The position numbers and the translations under genes are program-made. A DNA stretch of 64,000 nt from Anthoceros angustus. Taxonomy: Eukaryota; Plantae; Anthocerotophyta. The stretch lies in NCBI GenBank assembly GCA_010909165.1, contig MU008173.1, forward strand, positions 310,001-374,000, read 5' to 3'. Below the pieces are notes generated by a model. The model made no database searches, was not told the DNA's origin, and saw nothing but the letters and a program-made list of their open reading frames with translations. This document shows, in pieces, positions 47,418 to 60,969 of this stretch (within the stretch, counting starts at the first letter, position 1; each line of letters opens with the position of its first letter).

Positions 47418-50400
47418 AATAAACAGAAACTAGAGTGGAAGATCTTTTTAGAATAGTACTAAGGACAGAAAAAAAATTCAAGTAAGATTAGTTAACATTG
47501 TACACTATTGAGTGGTAATAAGCACAAAGCAATGCTAATATTAAAGATCTGGATATATACATTATGATTTTTTTAATTTTTACAATAGTAATAATAGATT
47601 TAGTTAAACAAATATATTGTTGGTCATCCACCCAGTGACATTTATTTTATTAAGTCTCTTGATGTGAAAGCGATTTTTATTCAATAAAGGTTTTATCAAT
47701 CTTCTCATCTTCCATATATTTCTTCATATCATAAATATACCGTTTATTAGTTGAGGTTGTTTTAAAAAAATAAAAATAGTTATATAGAGTAGTATTCTAT
47801 GTTTATCTGGTTCTTGGACTATGTGTAGAAGATATTTATGTCTATTTTACGTATGCTTTATTTTTGTATATTGTTTTGACTAACCATGCATAAAGGGGAA
47901 AGAGTAGAATAAAATAATCTATTCTTATACGAGTCCTATACTTGCATCCAGACTCCAAGTTCATTCCTTCATACACATTTAGTGGTTCTTATAATATATG
48001 CGTACTTTATGATATTTAAACCTGCCGACTTCCGACGAGGGAAGAAGTTGACTATGTGGCATATATGAGGAGCCCTCGTCCTTCATCCAATTTGTGGCAG
48101 GTGGCCAGAAAGCTTTGCCATCGATGCGAAAGCTGGGAGACAGCGAGAGGCAGCCGGTCCACATAGCAGCAGCCTTTTTCCTTTAGCCCTGTGGCCCAGC
48201 TCTGGCAGGCAGGTGCTCCATAGCTGTCAGGCACCGAGCATCGGAGAGACGGAGACCAAGTCTTCCCCTCTGCCGACACCAATGGGTGCCTCCAAGTAGC
48301 CACCCAAAAGCACCAGCCTGAGTGAGGCCGCGTCAAAAAGCCCACCAATTGCAAGCCTGGTAGTTGGTAGTTCCAGCACCACAATTGTTTTCTCGGGGAA
48401 GAAATCTCCCAGGAGCGAGTCTGACAGCGAGCGACAAAGCATCGTCCCGAACAGGGAACAGGAGAGCTTGAGCCACGGCGACGCTGGATGCTGGGCCCGG
48501 CCTCCGGCTCGACACCTGCGGCATTCTTCTGGCTCGCACGAATTCCGCTTCCCTTGGCCTGAGAATAGTGGCAGACTATATGTGTCGCCTGCCATGCACA
48601 TTATGCGGATTGCCAAGCGCACCATCCGCCATGCCGCATTGACCGGTGACCGCTGGCCATGTGGGCATCGCAGGGTACGAGGTCCAGGCGCCTCGCCACT
48701 GTTCCACAGCATGCATGTCAGGCCAGCCAGTCGACGACTCGACGACTCGGTACGCCAATCCGGTATGTGCCGGGACGTGACGACAGGACGGGGGATCTAG
48801 GTGTGCCGGCTTTCATTGCATTACGCTAACCAAACGGCCAATCATGGAGGTAAGGGTGGGGGGATGGGGTAGTAACGGAACGGGGTGACGTCGGGGCAGA
48901 ACGGCGTACGGTACCTTGCTCGCTTGTTGCTTTCGCGGGGCGTGGTCGCGCGCTCGTGTTCGGTGGTGCGCGCCATGAGGAAGACGCAACCTGAGAAAGT
49001 GGCTGCAGGATCCAGCCGGGGCCAGGTGAGGGCGGGCTCCGTCGCTGTAGACACGTCCCGTCCTGCAGGGATGAGAGGAATGGCCACTTTTTGATCGGGA
49101 AGGAATGGAGAGCAGACAGGGAATTTGCTAGATGTGAACGCAGAGTACCGCGTGACGCTGTGATCTGGAGACGGTTGTGGCGCGGAAATAGCTTGAATTG
49201 CTGTGGCAGACGGGAGTCATGGCGTCCACATCCTGGAGCACGGAAGAAAGGAGGAGAAAATTGCAGCAGCTTGTGCGATTTTGTCTGTGTACTGTACGCC
49301 TCTTTTTTTACCCTACGTCTCTCCGCTCCAGACAAATGCTCTGCTGTGCTCCATCCTGGTGAGGAGGACGGGGGCTGGGCCAGTCGCTCCTGCAGCGGAA
49401 CTCTGCAGCAAACAAGTGTTTCCCTGGACCCCGGTGCCCGCTACCGCATGTGCCAAGATGCTGCAGATGGCCGGGGCCACCAGCGATTCTCTGCTGTGGC
49501 TCTGCCGCTCAGAGCGCAAGGGAAAGAAGGCGTCGGCAAACAACGGTGGCCCCCATGCAATCTGCCATGGCATCCGGGGTGGAAGTGATTCCGAAAGATC
49601 CCGCTTGCCGGCTTCAATGCGGGCCGCGGGATTAGGGGGACAATGAGGAACACGCCGGAGTGCCGCCATCAAGGCTTCACAATCGGGATTCCAGGGACGC
49701 GGCTACAGCGCAAGTCCGTAATAAAAATGCCAGCCGGAAGACATACGCTCTCTACGCAAGTGGCCAGCATCCGATGCCACTGGCAGCAGGACTCCTGGAG
49801 TAATCGCTATGCTTCAATCCAAGAAATCAAGATATGCAACGGGACGAGGTATCTATCATGTAAGCCGAGGGCCCGAGATCATTGATGGAAGCATTGGAAG
49901 CAGCTCTATCGATTGATGAAAGGCCGAGGCCATTGATGAGATGGCTGGGAGGTTCTTGATGGAAGCCTCGCAGACGGTGCCTATTTCGCGGCAGGAGGAC
50001 AGTGATCGTCGTCTTGTGGACCTTTCTTTCTTCCTGTTCTCTCCTTTCGTTCGGTGACATTTCTTCTCTATGTTGCAGCCTTGCAGGGCCGCAGGCGGAG
50101 GAAAATTCAGAAAAAGCCCTAGGAAGCCCGCGCGTCCGCCCCGCCTCTTCCTCGCGCGAGCTAGCTAGGTCTGACACACTGCCGCACTGACAGGCACTGA
50201 TGATCCACCGACCGAGGCGCAAGGACTAGCTGCAACCGCAGCACCCCAGGTGACAAGTTGATGGAAGCGTGGTACCAGCACATGGACATAGCCGCGGGAA
50301 AAGCAGCCTTCCATCAATGCCACCTTCCTCCTCCATTCCAGACATCTCTCGGGGCCAGGTACGTATCTACATATATGTACAGGGCTGAAGTGGTTGAGCG

Positions 50401-52638
50401 TGATGAGCACTGGGAAGGAGAAACCCCCTCACTGTAGACCACCTACAGTGCCTGTCCTGCTCGTACCGCAACATTCCAGCAAGCCTTACTTTACATATGC
50501 ATATTTCTGTGGCTCCGTTCGTTACAATGTTCATCCCAGGCAGTGGCAGCAGCGAGGTGAAGCATGATCCGTCAGAGCAGGCATAAAGAAGGAAAGGAGA
50601 GCGTAGGTAATCAGCAATGTGAGCTGGACATGTCGTGCATCCAGGTGCCGAAGGCGAGGCAAGGCACGGCAGCGATGCATCGAATTCAGCAAATAGTTTT
50701 CGGCCTCGGCCTCGGCCTCGGCCTCGGCCGGCTTCAGGTTCGTACATGGGCACATTTTGATCCGCATTACCCCGCTTTCTATCAGTTCCTCGTTTTCACC
50801 TTGAAGCCCCGAAAGGGATTGGGACTGGCGTACTGCTTTACATACATACTGTACGTACTCACAACGCGTATAAAAGCAGGCACCGTACAATGACTTTGAC
50901 ATTGGAGCTGAATGCCGAATTGATGGGGGCCATTTAATGCGGAAGCGGGGGAAGCTTCGAAGCAGGTGGCCGCGCGGCGTGACGCCATTTGCAAAATATG
51001 AAAAGGCCGACGCCCTGTCGCAGCCCGGAGCCGGAGCGGGCTCTCGTGCAAGGCGCCGAATCCCTCGAGAGCCACCACATAATTGACATGGAGCTCCCGG
51101 GGCCGGGATGGGATCGTCGCCATGGCGCGTGCTTCCCATCGCGGCCGTCCATACCCGCTCCTCTGACTTCCCGACTTGTCCCATCGAATGGAAACAAGTC
51201 ACGTGGCCCGGCCCGACCACCGCCGATGATGATTGCGCCCACCCCGTCTGTTACGCTGTCTAACTTTAGGGTTCACGGTCCACGGCGTGCTCCGGCGAGC
51301 CACGTTACCATGCCGCGGGTGAACGTTTTTCTCCTCCCAACAGTCTCTTCATGTGCCAACGTTGTGGCCTCCATGTGCCCCCCCGCGTCGCCCAGCCCTC
51401 GCCATGTCGTCGGGCCTGCATCGGGCCCTCGATATTTCGGACGGACAGATCCTGGTCTGGCAACGGAAATCCTGCCGACGTCCAGCCCAGGCGCCCAAGC
51501 CCAAGCTTTCCGTACACGCTTGATATTTGTAAACGACAGTTTTCTTGTTTTCTTGTTTTCATTAATCAGCGCTTTTATTTGCGCGACATTTTTTTAGCGT
51601 GTGCCGGTTTCACGAGGTGGTGCTCTTTTCAGAGTCTGGTGATAGTGCGGGTCTGTCAGCCCGCCTTTCGGTTCAGTTCTACGGAGTGATCATGCATGTT
51701 GCAGATCTGTATAGGGGGTAGGGAAGGAGAAAGGGCAGAAAGGGAGAAAAGGGGAGAAAGGGGGAGAAAGGGAAGATCCAATTTGACAAATGGAGGTAGG
51801 GTTCCGAGAAATGCCGCCCCTTCGTGGCGGAGCGGGGATTAATCAAGGGGCGGGGGGGAAAAAGGGGTCGATGGTCGATTATAGACGGAGCGGGGATGCC
51901 GCCGGGGAGCGTGTCCGCGCCAGGCCACGTTCCCGAGTGTAACAGTGTCAGCCTCTCTCACGGGCGACATAATGGCGACACAGCCAAGCCTAATGGCAAC
52001 CGGCGACCGGCGACCGGTCGCGGCCCGTGCCCCGCCCGACGCAGTCGCAGGGGCCCGCGCCGGGCGACCTCGTGCCCAGGCAGTGACCCGGTCCCGCTCC
52101 TGTTGCCGACGCCAAGCAGTGGGCCTGCCAGCCTGCCAGCCTGGAGGCTTGCCTCTCTGCGATTTATGCACCTCTGCGGCCCTGTTTCTTCAGTCGAGCA
52201 GCGCGCTCATCGGCGCTCTAGCGGCCGGCTTTTGGAACGCAGTCTCCGCTTGAGCTTCAGCTCGGAGCGGCCGGAGAGCGACCTCTTGGAGCTTCCTCTT
52301 CTGCGGGCGCGGCCGAGGGATCGAACCCGGTGATCGGAGCTCGCGGGCGGAAGGAGTGCGGGAGCTCGGGAGCTGGAGGAACCAGTAGCCGGTGAGTGAG
52401 GGGTGACGGGAGGTGGCTGAGTCGTTTGAGCCTTGTGGGTCCTGGAGATATGGGCGCGGGGGCGTCATCGCGGGATTTGTTGGGTTTGTGATTTGAGCTG
52501 CATTGCATTGTGTTTGAGGTGGTGGGTTGTGTGGGAACGGGTGCGATGGCAGGGCCTGGAGCTGGAGGGAAGAGAGTAGAGTAGGAGGAAGGGGAGCGGC
52601 ACAGGTGCTGGAGGCGGCCGGGCTAGGACTGCCTCACG

Positions 52639-53539
52639 ATGAGGCTTCCGCGGCACATGGCGTTGCGGCTGGTGGCAGCGCTGTTGCTGCTGCTGGCTGT
52701 GGTGGCCATCGCTGACGCCACTCTGCAGCACAAGCCTCGTACCAAGTTCCTCACCAAGAACTACCACAAGACGTACCGGTACAAGTACGTGTGGTGTCAC
52801 AAGGATGCCAAGATTTGCAAGGATAAGAAGAAGAATCCGCATGGCGGCACGACGTGCTGCTTCAAGAAGGTGTGCAAGGATCTCACCAAGGACCCGCGCA
52901 ACTGCGGGAAGTGCGGGCGTTCCTGCGGTTATGGTCAGACTTGCTGCAAGGGGAAGTGTGTGAAGCTGGCTTCCAGCTTCAGTAATTGCGGGAAATGTGG
53001 CGTCAAGTGTAAGACGGGGGAGAAATGTATCTACGGATTGTGTGGCTACGCCGCTCCAGGTGGGAAGAAGCCCAAGGCACCCAAGCACCCCAAGCACCCC
53101 AAGCACAAGGCGAAGAAGCCGAAGAAGACCAAGAAGCCCAAACAGCCGAAGAAGCACTCTCCTCCGCCACCCCCCAAGTATCACTACCACAAGGCCCCGC
53201 CTCACACTCCTCCCCACCACGCTCCTCCTCACCACTCTCCTCCCCATCATTCTCCTCCCCACCATTCTCCTCCCCACCACTCTCCTCCCCACCACTCTCC
53301 TCCCCACCACCCTCCTCCTCACTACGCCCCTCCTCACCTTTCACCTCCCCACCACGCTCCTCCCCACCATCCCCACCCAAGCATGAGCCTCCGCACCACC
53401 CGCCTCCTCCTCCAGTGAAAAGCCATCTCCCACTCCCGCCTACCCTCCACCTAAGAAATCTCCTCCTCCTCCTTCCCCGCCCACTCACAAGTCGCCACCT
53501 CCCCCCACAGCCCACCCCCCGCCTTACTACAAGTACTGA
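52639..53539 (+). CDS. STIG1: STIG1-domain protein fused to a Lys/His/Pro-rich extensin-like tail; frameshifts near 53380-53520
   Basis: Signal peptide; CCFKKVCKDL..DPRNCGKCG..C...QTCCKGKC...NCGKCG..C...C..GLCGYA; SPPHH repeats; a shifted frame ends PPPYYKY-stop at 53539. Confidence 0.85.
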
Positions 53540-55820
53540 TCGAAGCCGGGGCGGAATAAACGCCACAGGCAGGATCCATGAAGGATCCCTGATCTGAGCC
53601 AATCCTGGAGTCTGGATGGTAGGTATCAGTATGTTCGAATCGGAGGTGGGATATGTCGTTGTTACAAGAAGGGCAACCATTGCAGCAGGCTGGCCATGGG
53701 AGGGATGAAGGCGGCGTCGTCTTTTCCTTTCTGTTCTGCAGCTCTGGGCGCTGGCGGAAGGGATCTCTTCTCCAAGTGGTGGTTCAAGCTCGTTACCAAC
53801 TTAAGTAGGCCAGGTGTGTTTGCATTCTGTCGTAGCTTTGAGCTTCTTTCAGTCTGTGTGATTGATGGGGTAGCTTGTGAGTTGAATCCAGGGCAGAGAG
53901 GTTTGCAGTTGCAGTTTGTGTGCCATCCCGGCAACTAGGGCCCTGCGCTGGCATGCTGTAGTGTAGAGGGAAGCGTGTGTTTCATTCCCGGCCCTGGTGT
54001 GCTTTGCCGCAAGGCCTGTGGAGTTCTCATCCACCCACCAGACCAGGAAGAGCCCTCGATGTACCGGTTGTTGCCGATCTTAGTTGCCGTATTTCTTCCT
54101 CCTTTCTTTATTTTTTGTTCCCGTCTTCAGATATCTTGCTGTAGCATGCTCCTCTCAGCTCGAAGAGCTGCGAGCCCAATATGGATGTCAGTGCAGTCCT
54201 GTTGGTGGCTACCTCCTCCTGTTTTTCCCGGTGAGGCCTTAGCCTCCCCCAGGACATCTGCGTCAGTCAGTCGTAGATAGTGCAGCCATTATATTTATCC
54301 CTCCCTCGCACACTGGTTTCTCATAAGAGAAAGAACCCAACTTTGATGTGTACTTGGGTGGTGGGAGTATAATCGATCGACTCCACTCTGGAGTCTTGTC
54401 TTTTGCTAACTCCTCTCTTCCCTTCTTCCCCTCCCTCAGAATCGTCTATACCTTCTTGACGAAGGGAAACAACCAACCTTGTCTCGGTATGTAACCCGAA
54501 GAATGCAACCCTCTGTAATCGTGTCCTAAGCATGAGAGGCTTGGGACTCGAGTCTGCTCACACGAGAAGCGTCTGGGCTTGTGAGGATGTGGGCATCCCG
54601 AGACACCGGTCTGCCGCGTCGCTTTTCTGTTAATCCCCCCTCGGCTGGCAGGTAATCAGACAAACTAACTAACAATCTTGCACGATGGAGTATTGTGTGT
54701 CGCTTGCTCTAGTGCGGATCGTAAGGCAGCGCAGTTGACGGCGGATATGGATCCCACTCGGGGTCGTTCGTCGTCAGCCGTGACGTCGTCCGTCGGCTAA
54801 CCACCGCGGTCAAGTTGCGCGGCGTCTGTGGGTCGCAGGGGATCATGGTTGGGAGTCGGATCCCTCCTACCTCGCTCCAAGTCCTCTCGCCTACGCATTT
54901 CCGGAACCCAATTGCCATAGTCGGGATCGACGCGTGTTTGCATGTACGGGGCGTCCTGGCATGTGGATCCACAGCCTCATGTGCGGGGTATCGGTGACGC
55001 CATTGTGGACTACTCTATACATAGCTACAAGTGTCCAGAAACACAAGCGCATGGCGACGACGTGCGGGTGGGAACGTGCCACCGTGCCAAGCCTTCTCTG
55101 CACTCTAGAGCGGCAGAATCCGGAGCCATGGCCCCCGCCAGCCACTACGTTGCCCTACTTCCGCTTATTCTGCGCACCCCAGACACTCCGAAGCCAGCTA
55201 GCCAGCACAGCTCACATCAGCTCGCAGTCTCTGACACACGCAGAAAGCCGCGCATCTGGCTTCGCCGGATGAACGGAGAAGACGGGGTCGGAACGGTACG
55301 GGACGGGGCGGGGGCCTCGGGTTCCGGTTCCGTTTCACCTGCCTAGGGCAACGGCTGCCAGCGCCGTGCGGGAATAAGGATCGTGAAATCCAAATCGCGC
55401 CAGGCCAGCACGCGCGCGGTGTGAACGGTCCGTGAGTCCGTGCGCGACCGGCGGTCGGGGGCCCACGCGACCGGACTGCCACGGACCGGGCCGGACCGCT
55501 CCTGTTTTTCCTTAGCGGCGCATTAGCGTGGACTCTGAGTCGCGGAAGGAGTCGTTACCGGAATCCGAATTCGGCGGAGTTGATCGACGGACCTCGGAAT
55601 TTGATCCCTCTGACTCTTTGTGGTCGGGGACCCGGTACGCTGTAAGTCCGCTCATGTACAGTAATTGTGAGGGTTTGTCTTGCCTAACAAGAAATCTGGC
55701 ACGCTTCCACATGCATGTGTGTATGTATGTACGTGTGTAGGCTCTCGGTGGAACTGGTTTGTTTGTTTGTTTGTTGCATTATTTGTGCTTCCTTGTCCTG
55801 GTCCCTGAATATTAGGACAA

Positions 55821-58391
55821 GTGCGGGTGATGGAGTGATTGGTTTCGTGATGTGCCCACCCAAGGGTACGATAAAGCACCGCATTCACATTTGCAGCCCA
55901 GCCCTGCTCTGCCCTGCTGCTTGTCATCCATGTCGTGCGTCATCACCCGAACCTGCTGCTGGCAATTGCGGATTCTGTGCCCCACGCAGGTGGTGTGTCT
56001 TACAAGGACTGGTCAATTGGCGGCAACTGCTTGGACGACTAGGTCATCTCGGTTGCTGGCCAGGTTTTTTGATTTGCCTCATGCTTGGGATGGCTTCCGT
56101 CGAAGTGGTTGAACACCGGGATTCTGAGGGAGCTCATGGTGGTTGATTGACTGCCAGGCCTACTGTTGCGTTTCCTTGGACGCAGCGGGTCCTCATGGCA
56201 GCTAGTGTGGATGCCGTTGCCAAGCAGGCTGTGCCTGCTGACTCCGTTCTGCCGTCGGGTAAGTTGTTTCTCAATCAGGGTTTTGACTGTGCATGGAAGC
56301 TAAGCATTGGAAAATGCAGTTGGTTTGAGGGGTTGGCTTATCGTTGGTAGCCCTTCTTCATGGCAGGGACAAGCTTTCGGAAGAAGGTGGAGATATTGAA
56401 CGAGAGAAATGAGAGACTGGTAGGGTACCTGGATGATACTGGATCTGAAAATGTGGTGATCCTGTGCCACGGATTTCGTTCCTCCAAGGTTGGTTGCCTT
56501 CGGTTTTCCATCTTCTGCCTCCGTGAGACATGAACTGATCTGTGTGGTGAGTTCCTTGCCCTGATTGTGGGGGGCTGGTGGACCAGGACAGTGGCACTCT
56601 TGGCATTGTTGCATCAGCTCTTCTTGAAGCGGGCATCACTGTTTTCGATTTGACTTCTCTGGGAATGGGTAGGTGGTGTTTTGTCTAACTTTCCTGGCAA
56701 ACCCTGCTGATTTTTCTTGATCCGTTTGGGGTTTGAAAACGTCCTCCTCTGCTGCCCAACTTGCCAGGGAAAGCGAGGGAGAATTTGTAATTGGTAATTC
56801 CTGGGATGAGGTAGAGGATCTTCGAGCTGTAGTTCTGCATTGGAGAAGTGAGGTCGCAAAGTCAGCCATATTGTTGGTCACAGCAAAGGTATGCTCAGGT
56901 TGCTTCAGCTCTTAGTCGCTCTTGACTGAAGTATGTTTGTGCAAACAAAGCCAGGAACAGGAGCACAAGCTGCCTGTGGCTTCAGCTCGCAGTCAAACTG
57001 ATGTCTACGTCATGCAGGAGGTTGTGCCGTGTTGCTCTATGCTTCCAAGTACCAGGATGTGAGTACCGTGATAAATGTAAGTGGTCGATGTTATGGGAGG
57101 AATGGAGGGTGCGGGTGATGGAGTGATTGGTTTCGTGATGTGCCCACCCAAGGGTACGATAAAGCACCGCATTCACATTTGCAGCCCAGCCCTGCTCTGC
57201 CCTGCTGCTTGTCATCCATGTCGTGCGTCATCACCCGAACCTGCTGCTGGCGGATTCTGTGCCCCACGCAGGTGGTGTGTCTTACAAGGACTGGTCAATT
57301 GGCGGCAACTGCTTGGACGACTAGGTCATCTCGGTTGCTGGCCAGGTTTTTTGATTTGCCTCATGCTTGGGATGGCTTCCGTCGAAGTGGTTGAACACCG
57401 ATTCTGAGGAGCTCATGGTGGTTGATTGACTGCCAGGCCTACTGTTGCGTTTCCTTGGACGCAGCGGGTCCTCATGGCAGCTAGTGTGGATGCCGTTGCC
57501 AAGCAGGCTGTGCCTGCTGACTCCGTTCTGCCGTCGGGTAAGTTGTTTCTCAATCAGGGTTTTGACTGTGCATGGAAGCTAAGCATTGGAAAATGCAGTT
57601 GGTTTGAGGGGTTGGCTTATCGTTGGTAGCCCTTCTTCATGGCAGGGACAAGCTTTCGGAAGAAGGTGGAGATATTGAACGAGAGAAATGAGAGACTGGT
57701 AGGGTACCTGGATGATACTGGATCTGAAAATGTGGTGATCCTGTGCCACGGATTTCGTTCCTCCAAGGTTGGTTGCCTTCGGTTTTCCATCTTCTGCCTC
57801 CGTGAGACATGAACTGATCTGTGTGGTGAGTTCCTTGCCCTGATTGTGGGGGGCTGGTGGACCAGGACAGTGGCACTCTTGGCATTGTTGCATCAGCTCT
57901 TCTTGAAGCGGGCATCACTGTTTTTCGATTTGACTTCTCTGGGAATGGGTAGGTGGTGTTTTTGTCTAACTTTCCCTGGCAAACCCTGCTGATTTTTCTT
58001 GATCCGTTTGGGGTTTGAAAAACGTCCTCCTCTGCTGCCCAACTTGCCAGGGAAAGCGAGGGAGAATTTGTAATTGGTAATTCCTGGGATGAGGTAGAGG
58101 ATCTTCGAGCTGTAGTTCTGCATTGGAGAAGTGAGGGTCGCAAAGTCAGCCATATTGTTGGTCACAGCAAAGGTATGCTCAGGTTGCTTCAGCTCTTAGT
58201 CGCTCTTGACTGAAGTATGTTTGTGCAAACAAAGCCAGGAACAGGAGCACAAGCTGCCTGTGGCTTCAGCTCGCAGTCAAACTGATGTCTACGTCATGCA
58301 GGAGGTTGTGCCGTGTTGCTCTATGCTTCCAAGTACCAGGATGTGAGTACCGTGATAAATGTAAGTGGTCGATGTTATGGGAGGAATGGAG
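55821..58391. repeat. Tandem direct duplication of ~1.29 kb (55821-57107, 57109-58391) covering the 5' half of the hydrolase gene
   Basis: Both start GTGCGGGTGATGGAGTG and end TTATGGGAGGAATGGAG. Confidence 0.92.
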
Positions 58392-58922
58392 TTAGGGTGC
58401 GATTAGGCGAAGAAGGCATACAAGAGCTTGAAGAAAAAGGCTTCCTTGAGGTCAATGACAGATTTGGTACTGCCCTATTCGTAGCTCCTCGTGTTTTTGT
58501 TTGCGTCTCGTAGCTAGCATGACTGAACCTGCTGTTTGTGCCAGGTTCATACCGCGTGACCAGAAAAAGCCTCGAGCCCAGGTATGCAGAGACAGATATG
58601 AAGGAGGAAGCTGCCAAGATACCAACAAGCTGCAGGTTTTCAAGTCTCCTTTCTTACCGTTGTTCGCACATTTCATCGTAATGCCTCCTGTCCTCGTTAA
58701 TAAAAAGACCATGACCGTGAAACTTGTCTCTGATGCAGCGTCTTCACAGTCCATGGGTCGGACGATGACGTGGTACTAGTGAAGGACGCTTATGAATTTG
58801 ACAAAGTCATTCCCACCCACAGCTTGAATATTATTCAAGGAGGCGATCATCGCTTTCGGTCAAAGGCGGGTGAATTGGGTCAAGCTGTAGTGGCTTATGT
58901 ACGAAGGCAAGTTGATTCATAA
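57474..58922 (+). CDS. Alpha/beta-hydrolase (serine esterase-like), multi-exon; partial duplicate at 56195-57107; start codon uncertain
   Basis: VILCHGFRSSK, FRFDFSGNGESEG, IVGHSKGG nucleophile elbow, TVHGSDD, GGDH; canonical GT-AG introns. Confidence 0.88.
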
Positions 58923-60969
58923 GGTTCCTTTAGCTGGGGGAACTTTACACACCGAGGATATGGGACTCAGTAGTAAGGCTAGTTTCTCTTTCTGGGAAGT
59001 TTTGAAGATATCGGAATTTTGGAACATGGGCGAACCCCATGAAAGAAACCCCGGTGGAAAGAGGCCACGGGGAGATACGACCTGCATTCCGAAGGTTCGG
59101 AAACAGGTGCGGAAGGACATAGTTTGGTACAAGGATCTGTATCGGGAACTCAAGTCTAAGTTCAGTGATTCGATTAGGGCCCGAATTGCTGGGTCTTCTC
59201 TGCCTCTTCCTTAGTTGTTGCTTCTAAATTTTTTTTTAGTCACAACAGTCGCCCATGTGACGTGAAGTCTCCTGGGAACCCTCGTCCCCAGCAAGACCTT
59301 TTTCGGCCTCTTCGGGTGTATTAAATCATAAATAAGTAAAATCGGATGGTTCTTTTCTCACCTGGACAAGTACCACCATAGTCAGTTTCACGGCCTCATC
59401 TCTTATTTCAAAAAGAGAGGCCATTGATCCCTCTTTCTGCAATTTCTAGATCGGTTTAGGTCTCCACACCCACGGCAACGCTTGCGAGCATCTTTCAACA
59501 GTGTCTAAGATCTGCAAGAATGTTCATTAAGCAAACTTTACCAGGAATTTATGACACCATCATGTACTCCCTTGAAAAACTTCAGGTCCATGTGAGGCCG
59601 AAAAATGGTGTAAAGATTTCCAAACAGGAAAAATGGAACCAAATTTTAATGGAATCTTGCCTTCTTGGCCACCACAAGGCATGAAGATGGTGTTCAAACA
59701 TTTTCTTTCAAAAATCAGCATGTTCCGCTAAAGCCCCCCCACCTTTGCTCAAACCTCCCACCTCTTCAATATGAAGGAAAAAAATCATCCAGCGCTGAAT
59801 GCACCCAAAACGACTCAAAATGAGTTTGTTCGTCAATTAGGCATTAACTATGTTCAACTCCTTTGATGAAAGGTAGTGCTAGGTTTGGCAAGTTTGTGCT
59901 TAAGATTTCCAAGTTCTATCCTATTTGCTAAATTCGAGTAATAATGCATGCGACAATCTGGTAGTAAGGGAGCTGACATTAAGAAGGCCCTGTTGATATC
60001 GCCTAATGTCACCGCAATCTGACAATAAAAGATGTGACATTAAGAAGACCTTGTCAATTTCAGCACCTTGCTGATGCCTGATTCAATAGAAAGGAGGAAA
60101 AAGAAGAAGGGACAAACAATTTAGAGCCTAATTTATTGCAAATGTGTTACGGCTCAGTTTAGGCTCTTGCTGACTTGGAGAATACATGTATGCTTCACAC
60201 CCTGTTGCTCCTCCTTTGCACCAGCAATAGAAGTCATCAAATCCTCTCCTTCGTCCACAAGCCACATCGGCATCAAGAAGATCTTAACGGGTTTATAGCT
60301 TAGTAATCATGTGGTTATGGTAACCTTGATCTTTTATCATTTATAGAATACCTACAAATAAATCTATATCTCAATTAGTCAAAAAAAGCAATTATCTCTA
60401 TTTACAATAATTTGCACTAGTGATCGAGAAACTACAATGCACTTCTAAACAGAAAAAGGAAAAATCTAAAACAGTCTCTACATGCAACATCTAAAATTAG
60501 TTTTTACCAATCTCAAATAATGGGGTGAAATACCAAATGAAACATCTAAAATTGGTCTTTACGATCTCTGCCTACGCTATGAAATACAAAATGAAACTAG
60601 AATTTCATCATCCATATGAAATTGATCATACCAGGTTTCCATCATCCATATGAAATTAATCATACCAGGTTTCCATCATCCTTATGAAATCGATCAATTT
60701 TTTGTTGTTAATATATTGATTCTTTCGATACCTCCAAAGTAGTGAGCAAAATGCCCATTTCATATAATACGCTCCGTAACAATTACACCATTCTTGATAT
60801 ATATATATATGATTTTTGCATATTTATTGGAGAACTTTACATCAGTAAACCTTAGAACTTACTATTTTAAGTTTTTACCTAGAAGTACTACATAAAAATT
60901 ATAAAATAAATAACTAAATAAATAACTAAATAACTAAATAAATAAAATTAGAGCTGAATATTAACAATA

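Noticed and set aside
48000-52500. Numerous 100-230 aa ORFs on both strands
   Set aside because: No recognisable motifs or consistent splice model; a real gene cannot be excluded but is unsupported
54500-55050. Possible structured ncRNA (snRNA, snoRNA or tRNA)
   Set aside because: No match to U1-U6, 7SL or tRNA signatures that I can recognise
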